Shown piece after piece: positions 10,550 to 20,726 of a stretch of DNA of 32,287 nucleotides; the stretch's first letter is position 1, and the number at the start of each line of letters is the position of its first letter. This DNA comes from Vitrella brassicaformis CCMP3155. Its lineage: Eukaryota > Protista > Chromerida. Location of the stretch: positions 1 through 32,287 of the forward strand of contig CDMY01000674.1 in the NCBI GenBank assembly GCA_001179505.1, written 5' to 3'. Position numbers and translations under genes: made by a program. The notes under the pieces are model-generated. The model did not search any database and had not been told where the DNA came from. It worked only from the letters and a program-made list of their open reading frames with translations.

Positions 10550-11774
10550 CTAATACGTCTTGGTCTTATCGGTCTTGTCAAGCGTGCTCCCCTCGACAAC
10601 CTAAACACACACACACAATGGGCAGACTGCACATCCATCCGTCATCCCTCCCTCCCGAACGCACCTTTTGGATGTCAGCGGCCTTGGCGAGCAGCGTGTC
10701 GATGTCCTTCCCCTCCATGCTCAGCTGAGCAAGTGTCCCATGAATCAACAAACAGACAGACAGAGGATATCATCATGATGGCACTCATCATGTGTGTGGC
10801 CCTCCCTCCCTGTCTGTCTGTCTGCCAGCCAGACCAACCTTCCTGGCTCTCTCCACGGCCGGCCGTTGTCGGACTTCCTCCAGCCATCGTTGCAGATGCG
10901 GCAGGTCGGCCACGCTGACCCCTGCCCACTGGTGGTACTCCAGCCACGGGTACAGGGCCATGTCAGCGATGCAGTAGTGGTCGCCAGCTATGTAAGTGCA
11001 CTTGCCAAGCCGCTCATTCACCACCTCATAGAGCCTTCGGGTCTCCCCTTGGAAGCGTTCAATGGCATAGGGCAGCCTCTCAGGCACGTAGCGCAGGAAG
11101 GCGTGGGCCTGGCCCTGGATGGGGCCGACCCCGCTGCACTGGAAGAACAGCCACTGAATCACATCCCACCTGTCGATCGAGTGACACACACACACACACA
11201 GACACCATGGGTAAGGCCGGCAGGGACGACAGACACGCGTGCGTCATTTATCGGCTCACTCACCGCTGTGTGGGGTGGCTTGGGTCCCCGATGAACCTCT
11301 GATACTTTTCCGCCAGGTAGAGCATGATTGCGCCGCTCTCAAACACCGACACGGGCGGCGTGGCCGTGTAGTCGACGATGGCCGGTATCCGCCCATTGGG
11401 ATTGATGGCGAGGAACCACTCCTGCAGGCGGGCATCAAAGAGAGAGGATCTCTCAGCCAGCGCAGCACGTGGCGATGAGTGCCACTGATCTGACTGAGTG
11501 GTTTGCCTCACTCACCTGTTTGTGTTCTCTCTTGTCCAGGTCCAGCAGCGAGATCTTGTAAGGGATGCTTAGCTCCTCCAACAGTATGGTGAGCTTCCAC
11601 CCGTTGAATGCGGGAAAAGACGACCGCGCTGCAAACACACAAGCAAACAAACGCACGAGCACCATTGCAGGGAAGGAGTGTGTGGGAAGTGAGGCACTCA
11701 TCTGACTCATGCCCACCGGTGTAGAGCACCACATCTGCCCTCTCCGTCTGATGTGCAGCCGATTGGGTCGTCAT
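10550..11774 (-). CDS. Glutathione S-transferase, YfcG/YghU (Nu-class)/Ure2p-like (256 aa); exons 11774-11717, 11628-11516, 11421-11264, 11169-10839, 10724-10665, 10600-10550
   Basis: Spliced product contains [74 protein letters not shown] and [17 protein letters not shown]. All five introns are GT-AG and in phase. Confidence 0.93.
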
Positions 11775-12076
11775 GGCGGCCGCCCGCGCCCTCAACAGTG
11801 CCACAGGTGCCCTCCGGAAATGAGATGGCGATGATGATCCAGGGAGAAGATCAAGCGAAGGAAGGTGCTGCCAGGCCGCTATTCGTCGCAGACAGAGTGA
11901 CAGCAGCATCCAAAAGCTGCAGAAAGGCGACATAGCACGCTTTCAGCAGGGTTTGGGGTTTGGGGTTCTGGCCACTTCCAGACAGATCGGAGAGAGCACA
12001 AGGTGGAGAGAAAGAGAGAGGCATCAGAGATGGTTTGCGTGCATTTGTCTGTCTCAGGTGTGCGTGACTCTGCGTG

Positions 12077-13779
12077 ATGGCCCAGCCGTCGTCTGCCTCG
12101 TCGCAAGCACCACCTGCTGTGCCACCCGGCTGCAAGGGGCTGGATGACGTCGACATCGTCCCCGATGAGGGCGTCAGTCGCGTCAGCCGGCAGCTGTTGG
12201 AGGGCTGCATTCGCCGCACCTTCACCGAGGGAGGGAGCCAAGTCACACGGCTCATCCGTCAAGGAGCCGACCCGAGAGCCATCGGCGGCCTGCGCGCCCG
12301 CGGCATCTCAGGAGGGGTCCGGTTCTGGCGATACAGCTGCCTGTCTTTCGCCATCGACAGCCCGACAGACCGCCCATTCCTCTACACGCGCGGCCCTGGG
12401 CTGACGGAAGCGCCCGTTGTCTTGCCACAGTGGCCCTCCCGTCGGCTGCAGCGTGACATCCTCAACGCCCCCATCGACGGCGGGGCGGACGTCAATGCGG
12501 CCGGAGGGGAAGAGCGGCCTATCAAGCTGGCCATTGCGGCTGGCAATCTGACGGCAATGGAGGCCCTCCTGGCGCGTCAGGTCGACGTGCGGGGATTCAC
12601 GGTGATGCAGCTCCCCTACATCCGTGGCGATGGCCCTCCCGCCACTCGCGATTACGAGGCGGCCCTCATGTCGGTCTTCCGTCGCCTCATCCAACACGAC
12701 AACACACTCGCAGCGGAGCGGTACGGTCACACTCTGGTCCATTTGGCAGCCAGGGCCTCCACCTTCTCCCAGTCCTTCATCGACGAGTACCTCACCCTCA
12801 TCACCAGCCACGGAGCCGACATGACGGCAACAGACCCCGGGGGCTTCACGCCCCTGCACAGCGTAGCATTCGGCTCCCACTGTGTGGCCGAGTGGCTGTG
12901 CCGGCAGCTCACAGCCGAAGACGTCAACAGAGGAATGCCGAACCTGCCCAACATGACACCCCTCGCCATGGCTGCCGAGGCGCTCGGTCAGGAGCAGCAA
13001 GGAGAGGGACAGGGAAAGGAGGAGCGGCACCAAAGACGGATCCGCGAGCACAAGGCCACCATCGGCGTGCTGCTGCGGAGCGGGGCGGCCCCATCCATCG
13101 CCCGCATGCCCACCGCCACTGAGGAGCAGCGCCGTCGCCGCCAGCTGGTGCTGGCCGAGTATGCCACAGTGCTCAATGAGCTGTCCGAGGTCGTCTTGTC
13201 GGCCATCAACGGCGCCCTCGCCCCCCAGCGCGACCACTCGATGCTTCTCGCCCGTCTGCTGCCCCTCGCCCCCCACCACGACGGCGCCCACCCCCACCCC
13301 TCCCCATCCAACATGGCATTCGGCCCACACGAGGCTGAGGCCATCGGATGGAAGATCGGCGCCTTCCTGTACGAGCCCCCCCCTGCTGTGGCCGCCATCA
13401 ACCAGTACCTCATTGGCGAGTCGATGCTGAGGCGCCGCGTGCGTGCGGCCGTCGGCCACTTCGTCAAGTCGGCGGCCACCCAGACGAGCAGCAACAGGGA
13501 GGTGGTGGGCGGGACGAGATACCAGCAGCAGGGCGACAAGCGCGTCAAGGTGACCGTGCCGCCGCTGCAGTGCTTCGCCGTGAGGGGCAGTGTGGGTGGC
13601 CGCAAGACGGGTGTGCGTGAGGTGGTTCATAGGGCCCGGCTGGACGAGCGGCGTATGGTGTGGTTGGTGTGGTCAAGGGCTTCAACGAGCATCTGGGCGA
13701 TCAAGACTGCCAGTTCGAGTGGGGCCAGCTGGGACGTCTGTCGAGGACCGGCCTGTTCGTGTCGCTGGGCATCGACTGA
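12077..13779 (+). pseudogene. Ankyrin-repeat family copy 1 (intronless), with a 1-bp deletion near 13648 that shifts the last ~43 codons
   Basis: Ankyrin motifs GADVN...PIKLAIAAGNLTAMEALL and GADMTATDPGGFTPLHSVAFGSHCVAEWL. It is collinear with 24887-26617. Adding one base after GACGAG (13643-13648) restores ...GVVKGFNEHLGDQDCQFEWGQLGR...LGID* ending at TGA 13777-13779. As written, the ORF runs on to 13903. Confidence 0.85.
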
Positions 13780-14383
13780 GTTAGAGAGGGGGAGAGGGGG
13801 AGCCTCAGGGAGAGGGGGAAGGGGAGGGGGTAGTAACGGTGATGGCTGCGTGTTTGACTCCTTCTTGCTGCAGTTCAAGAACGGTTCTGTTTGCGAGTTT
13901 TGATGTGCTTCATGCGAGCTGGACGGATGTGCTTCATGTGGTCATATGCAATTGCACACGTTTCTGTCAATCATCTCAAATACCGATATACCTACCACCA
14001 TTAGTGTACAGTACGTCTGTCTGTCTATCGCCTTAGCGCACCGCCGTCCTGTCGCGTAGTGTGTAGGCCACAAACACAGAGGCTGCCCTCTGTCGCATTT
14101 ATCATGGATGCCCGCATCACGTAAGGACCATTTGCTATCATCGTGCGCGCGCTGCGCTTGCGGCATGGATTCACGTACGTATGGATGTGTGTATGTGTGG
14201 GTGTCTGAGTGAGTGATAAAGCAGACAAACAAGCAACGAAATCTTTACACGTGTGCATACATACGAACATACATATGTGTGGGTGTATACATACAGATAT
14301 ACAAAAAGATCAATACGGAATACGGAAGCGATAGTGTACAGACAGAGGGAATGAATGCAAAGCAAGCAAAGGTGAACTCCCAG

Positions 14384-14804
14384 TCAGCCGTTGTCAATGA
14401 CATCTGACGACAGACAAAGAGGACAGACAGGCAGCAATCATGACACACACACATGCACGTGGGCTTGTTGCAATGCGTGTGTGAGTGAGTCAGTGTGTGT
14501 GTACCTTCGACATTCATCGTGACGACATAGGTGGGGACCACATGCTCTCTGACGCACTCCTCGCCAGACGTCCTCTCATACCCCTGCGTATGCAAGGAAA
14601 AGTGATGAGAGACATTGCATGCCGCCCGTGTCTCGTCAGGTTTGTGCGTGCCTGCGGACACGAGAGCGTCCCCTGGCGAAATATAAGCTGAATACACTGG
14701 CCGCGCTGGTAATCGTAGCAATTAGCGGACGGGTCTGTTTCCGACTTCTTAAAGTCTACTGCTCTACTCTCTCGAGTGAGTGCGAGCATGATGATTGTAA
14801 GCAT
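14384..14804 (-). CDS. Putative small Cys-rich protein (83 aa) with an oocyst-wall-protein-like CPxGY...C motif; exons 14804-14652, 14583-14505, 14403-14384
   Basis: Spliced product: MLTIIMLALTRESRAVDFKKSETDPSANCYDYQRGQCIQLIFRQGTLSCPQ|GYERTSGEECVREHVVPTYVVTMNVE|DVIDNG*. Phases match, but the first intron needs a GC donor (GCACGC), and the true 5' end may lie upstream. Confidence 0.4.
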
Positions 14805-15137
14805 GCTCACTCGCTTTTCAAGTGCATCCAGACAATGGCGACCCGACTACGTTGCTGTGTTCGTGATCAATTTATGTCAAATACACATCGTGTCTTCCAT
14901 TTGCTCGGCTCCACGAACACATAAACCGTCTCGCGCCAGTCGCTCATCATATCACGCCACACAGACAATTGGCGACGATAAATAAAGATCACCAGGCAGA
15001 CCAGACGACAAACGACACGGCAGGACAGTGCACACACGAACCACAGAGATGGATAAAAATACCATCAGACGATCACCGATGAGATCAGATGAGCCCATGT
15101 ACGCTCAGCGCCAGGTCAGCCTCCGTCACTCGTTTCC

Positions 15138-15437
15138 NNNNNNNNNNNNNNNNNNNNNNNNNNNNNNNNNNNNNNNNNNNNNNNNNNNNNNNNNNNNNNN
15201 NNNNNNNNNNNNNNNNNNNNNNNNNNNNNNNNNNNNNNNNNNNNNNNNNNNNNNNNNNNNNNNNNNNNNNNNNNNNNNNNNNNNNNNNNNNNNNNNNNNN
15301 NNNNNNNNNNNNNNNNNNNNNNNNNNNNNNNNNNNNNNNNNNNNNNNNNNNNNNNNNNNNNNNNNNNNNNNNNNNNNNNNNNNNNNNNNNNNNNNNNNNN
15401 NNNNNNNNNNNNNNNNNNNNNNNNNNNNNNNNNNNNN
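15138..15437. other. Assembly gap (300 N) hiding most of ankyrin copy 4
   Basis: Run of N. The right flank begins inside the ankyrin-family C-terminal domain, so the real gap is probably more than 1.4 kb if this copy is full length. Confidence 0.95.
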
Positions 15438-15616
15438 TGCGTGAGGTGGTGCACCGGGCCCGGCTGGACGAGGCCGGCACACATGGGGTGCCACTGGAGG
15501 GTGTGGTCAAGGGCTTCAACGAGGATCTGGGCGACCAGGACTGTCAGTTCGAATGGGGCCAGCTCGGGCGAATCGACAAGGGGACCGGCATGTTCGTGCC
15601 GCTGGGCATCGACTGA
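15438..15616 (+). CDS. Ankyrin-repeat family copy 4, only the 3' end visible
   Basis: REVVHRARLDEAGTHGVPLEGVVKGFNEDLGDQDCQFEWGQLGRIDKGTGMFVPLGID* matches the C-termini of the other three copies. Confidence 0.85.
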
Positions 15617-16658
15617 CTGAGAGGGAGGGGGAGAGGGAGAGCCGTAGAGTGGGGGGTGAAGTGGCTGCACGTTTCGGTGCTTTTCGTCGCAATTCGAGGG
15701 CGCTGAGTGCTTTGTATGTGCATACGGACAAGATTGACTCGGTCTCATTCAAGGATGTGTCTTTGGTATAAGCGTGGCCTCGCGACACATGAAGTGTCTC
15801 TCATGCCAGTGGTGCGGCGAGCACTCAGTCTGGTGGTAGTGCGGCGTTGCTTGGGTGAGGCCACCACATGAAGCCATTCTGCTCTGGACAGACCCACCTT
15901 CATTGATTGAACGTGAATGACAGTCTTCACTTCACAGCTGGATTGATCCCATTCACGCTTGTCACTGCGGCTGACAAGTGAAGAGCATGAGATGGGTCAA
16001 TCCAGCCGAGGAATGGAGACACAGAGAGGCAGGGCACGTACGGGAAAGACAATCACTGACACGTCAAGCCGCCCGCCCGCCAGCCCTGGGCAACCAGTCA
16101 GCTATCCACAGAAACGTATGCACGCAGGCAGTGGCTGCGGAGACGGCCGTGCCCGTTGATCAGTCTTGTGGTACATATTGTGTGCGCTGGCATCGAAGGA
16201 CTGATCAAAGCGACAGAGACAGACTGCCAGTGCATTCAACCGCTGTGAGAGAGAGATTGATTGATAAGCGTCCACACAGCGAACATACACACAGTGTGCC
16301 ACACACCACAGGCAGGGTCGCGGGAGGCGGGTGGGACGTACGTGTGTGTGTGTGTCGGCAGAGTGGGAATGGACGGGAGGAATGAATGGATGTCGGGGCT
16401 CATGGATTTCAATATGGATGCTCATTGCTCAGACATCCAGAGAAGGCTTGATATCTATAAGCACGAACAGTGTCACTGCAGCCGCGTATGATCGAATGCA
16501 TCAACACGTCACCCACACACACTGATCGGCGAAGGGAATTCGAGGCAGACTGTAGAAATAGCCAACTCGCATCGCATCCAGCCCCCAAACGTCAGACAGC
16601 CCAGCCGCCCCCGCTAGACACGATGTTCTGTACAGCGAGATAGTCATCCATCGACATG

Positions 16659-19600
16659 TCATGAATGCGTTGGCAGCCTCACCAGCTGCAGCTCTACACG
16701 TGCAGGGTACCCCTCCTCATCGAAGTCCCCCGCCCTGCTCTCATTGGCAATCAGCCCATAATGGTCTCGCTCTGCCTGGTCAATGCACTGCTCCACTCCT
16801 CTACGGAACTCAGCCTCTCTGCTCTCACCCCCCTCCCGATTGTGCAAAGCACTCAGATCGACAGACGCTTTCAGACAGACAGTCGCAGGCCGCACGGCAG
16901 CGATCAACGCGACGCCAGATGCAACCCCACTCATCGTTTTGCTATTGATCACTTCGACAGTCATAGAGGCGACGTGAGGGTATCGGGTGCAGTCAGAGGT
17001 GGCGGGCACATCTGAGCCACACACCGATGCCACCACCTCGACGCTCTCTAAAGTGACAGTGGGGGGCAGCTGCGATAGGCAAAATGCTGCCACGCCCAGG
17101 TTCGACAAACATGCCAGACTGACTGCCGTGAGCCTGTCTAATGTGCCCAGCAACGCACCCAGGCCATTGAGACCTGCCGCATCAGCAGACACCCTATGGT
17201 CGGCGTGGAGGTTGAGGCTGGTGACGTTGGGCAGGTGGCGATTGCCACCGGTGGTGTCGCTCTTGGCTGCCATCCACTGCGGCACACTCGACAAGGCCCG
17301 GGATGACGTCAGCCCCTCCACCGATAGCTCGGTGGCCATGGTGAAGACCAGCAGGCCGGCCCATGACTGGTCCAGAGGCTTCCCGCCACACCGCAGAGTC
17401 ATCTGCATGGACAGACAAGGAGCAGGGGTGAGTCTTCGTCTGTTTGCGGCCTCTTGTCTGGTGCGCTCCCCACCTTGTATGCTGTCTTGCTGACGTCTTT
17501 GATCATCTTTGCCATGGGGCCAGTGGGTGCAGGAGGCGAAATGACGAGGTCCCTGGAGCAGTCGATAACCAGCCAACCGGCACTCCAGTCGACCGTGCAC
17601 TTGACCGACGCTGCACACAGACCCACACACACAGCAGATGCACAGCATTGCAATCCTCCTGTTTGTCCATTTGTCGGTTCGTCGTACTAACTTACCTGCC
17701 CAGTTGACGAAGGCAGGGAGGCTCATCTGATCACGTCCTGTGGGATGGAGCAGCTCATTGGTGAAGGGGACGGAGATGTAGTTACTGTACGCCAGGCCGA
17801 TCCTCTTCTCAACGTCTGCACATAGGCACAAACAGTGCGGTCAGCCTGTCGGTGGTTCCTCTGTCTGTTCGCTCGGTGGCTCACGCACCCTTCAGACTAT
17901 CCTTGCTCCAGATGGGGTCGAGAGCACTCTTGAGCCTCCCCAGCTTCCACGTGAAGTCATAGGGGCACAGCTCCACCCACTCGATGTCGGTGATCCCTGA
18001 ATGAGGGAGACGACATCCTTCTCGTGGTCAGCAAACAGCTCGCCGATCGCTGCAGACAAGTGGGAGGGGCAGAGAATTGATCTGTGGATGCAGGAGGTGC
18101 GTGCATGTGGGAGGCGATTGCTTACACAGGGAAGTGAGCTTTGGAGCATGCTCCACGATGTCCTTGGCATGCCAGCCGCGCCCCCCAACTCGCAGGCGAA
18201 GAAGTGATGGGAATCGCCACCCTCGAAACCTAAACACACACACACACAGAGGGGATGATCAGTGCATAGCGGTGTGACCATGGAGAACAGTCATGCTTAC
18301 CCGCGGTGATCTGGCCACTGTTCGACGTAAAGGTCCTCAAGTTGCGAGAAGGTCACAGTGGACGGTGAAGTCGGCACGCTGTAGGGGTAATCCTCAAATT
18401 CGTCGTCGTTCTCGAGTCTCTTCTCGCAGAGCTTCATGCTCCTCACTGTGTCGCGGGAGGCCTCGATGCACTCGAGAGGGAAGTCGAGGGCCTTCCAGTG
18501 AGCGCTGATGTGCACCGTCCGCAGCCGACCCTGCCACCAGACAGACAGACAGAGGTCAGCCATGGTCACTCCACTTGGTTGGTGCGGTGTGCTGGAGCAC
18601 CAGTTTCTGCTTCAGGATGGGAAGTGTCTCCTCTCTCTGCCGTCTGAGGTCCGCCCCGCCCGCCGCCCCCTCCCCGGCCGAGTCGTCCTCTCCCTCTCCC
18701 TCCTCGTCGTTTCCCTCCCCTCCCTGATCCTCTTCCTTCTCTTGTTCCTCCTCATCTTCTTGTACATCCTCCTCATTGCTGCCGTCGCCATCGATGCCAA
18801 GGTCGTTGCGCGTGTTCCATCCCCATCGATGCCGTCGCCACACGGCACCTCTCCGAATGCCCCGATCCCACCACTGTCGCTCGTCCTCACCGATGACCAA
18901 GCGGCGGTACACGCCACGCCCCTGGTGTCGTCGGTGACGAGGTGCCTCATCGACTGGTTGACGCGGGAGAGGGGCGCGGAGTCTTTGGTGGGCAGGAAGG
19001 CCAACACGATGTGCGCCACGTCGGGCGGCAGGCCGTCCAGAGAGGGACGACCGAGCTGACCACACACACAGGGGCGGAAGTGTCATGTTGTGTGGATGTT
19101 TGGGCTGGTCTGATGTGTGGCTTGCCTGGGTTATTGTGGCGTCTGGTGGGAGGGTTTTGGTGGCGATGGGCTGCGGGAGTGGCGGCTTGGCGACTGCCAC
19201 GTTGTCGAGTGTCTTGATGAGACCCCGCAGCGTGTCGTGTCGCGACGCCACCGACTGCTCCACCGTCATCAGCTTACTCGACAGGCCCGGCACCTGCCAA
19301 CACACATCACCACTCACAGAGAGGAGGAGAAGGGCGTGTGTGTGTGTGTGTGTGTACCTTGTCGGCCAGTGTGGGAGTGACGTGTGGTCGCACCTCTGAC
19401 AGCACGGCCGCCGTCTGCGCCTCGAGCGATTTGATCTTCTTCAACAAGGGGACCAGCCGACAAACATTCGCTTTGTCGGCCTGAGGGAATGAACGCACAC
19501 ACGGACACACACAGAGCCATCAAGTGCGTCTGTCTGCGCGTGTCGTCCCTGCAGGTGGCTGTGCTGCTGACCCAGTCTATGACGGGATGCACCCCTTGGT

Positions 19601-19812
19601 CCGACGGCTGCCCGCCATCTACAGCTACACCAGTGCTACATCCTCCACCTGCATGACGAGAGAGCATGGCAACAAAGGCAGCCGGCCATGAGTGAGTCGG
19701 TCTGTTCCCTTCCCGAGTCCCTCTCCCCACCTCCAGCAGCAGCAGCGGGCGATGAGTCATAAGTGTCCACACGAGGCCGCTTGCCGGCATTCTCGTCAGC
19801 TCCGCCAGACAT
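16659..19812 (-). pseudogene. F-box plus LRR-like paralog with 11 exons and at least one frameshift (19812-19731, 19648-19572, 19480-19394, 19293-19126, 19055-18601, 18530-18301, 18229-18126, 18049-17889, 17815-17696, 17610-17474, 17402-16659)
   Basis: Clear F-box SLDGLPPDVAHIVLAFLPTKDSAPLSRVNQSMRHLV. Segments match the gene at 763-3203: LKQKLGRLRTV ~ LRQLRGRLTHL; SPSTVTFSQLEDL ~ PPRVTFGKIEEV; WRFPSL..IVEHAPKLTSL ~ WSLPAL..WIEASPHLTHL; KMIKDVSKTA..LVFTMATELSV ~ KIIREMARVA..YVFESLTELTI. Exon 5 is 455 nt because of a 5-bp duplication at 18911-18920. Exon 8 is one base short unless an internal acceptor is used. Confidence 0.75.
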
Positions 19813-20595
19813 CTGGAAACCAACAACAGATCTGAAGCGATTGCTCCTCTCCCTCAGGATCTGAGGTGGCTGCTTCTCTTCTTCTGGTTCTGTGCCGGTC
19901 GGCACCTACCTCCACTGAGTTGCTGTGGATGGACCAGCAAATGGGTCGACCGCTCTCCGCCTCAGCACGTCCCTCTCATATGCACCAACACGTTTGGAGC
20001 GCTTAAGCCCGCAGATCATCCCCTATATGAATTTGATTTTCGGGATTCTTACCTCGTGGAATTCCGAGGCGTGTAGGCAGCGTATGCGAGAGCTGTTTTG
20101 GTTAAGCAAAACTAGACAGCATCTCTCGCTCCTGATGCCATTCGCGTGTCGTTCGGCAGCCGAACGAAGGAGGGAAAAAAGAAAACGATATATGCCAATC
20201 CCTTCCGGTTTCACGCATTACCTAAACACTCGGCTTTACTGTTTTACACACGCCTGCAGGCAGTCCACTCCACTTGTCACTGCTGGCCCGCCGATCGCGC
20301 AGGGAGAAAAGTGAAGCAAAACGACTCTTTCACAGCTTGTCCATATCAGCAGACACAGTAAGGAAGCAAACAAACGAAAAGCCCGAGCATGCGTGACCTC
20401 CCTGTTTGCGCATGCTGTGTGTGTTGTCAGGTGTTGAGCTCTCGGTGAAGAAGCAGGCGGAGAAGCAGCGTTTGTTTTGGAGTCTGATTCACCTGCTGAT
20501 GTGATGGTATGGTATGCGGACGAATCAACGATGTGTGATGGAAAAGCCAAGCACCACTGGCTCGGGTGGCAGCTCGCCTTGTTGTGGCGGCCGTC

Positions 20596-20638
20596 GACTG
20601 ACTGACTGACTGACTGGCTGACTGACTGACTGACTGAC
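20596..20638. repeat. (GACT)n microsatellite in the 5' flank of ankyrin copy 2
   Basis: About 10 GACT units with one interruption. A shorter GACTGACTGACCAGGTGCGCCA homolog lies upstream of copy 3. Confidence 0.9.
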
Positions 20639-20726
20639 CAGGTGCGCCAGCAACGTTGGAAGAAAGAGGGATTGCAATTGACTGTGTGGGTCGCTGTTTG
20701 TGCGTGCAGTGGTGTGGCTCGGTGTG

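Noticed and set aside
12308-13630. Long antisense ORFs (also 2415-3200, 21318-22346, 25553-26548, 4411-5259, 10794-11294)
   Set aside because: These are shadow frames of GC-rich coding sequence on the other strand, with no motifs of their own.
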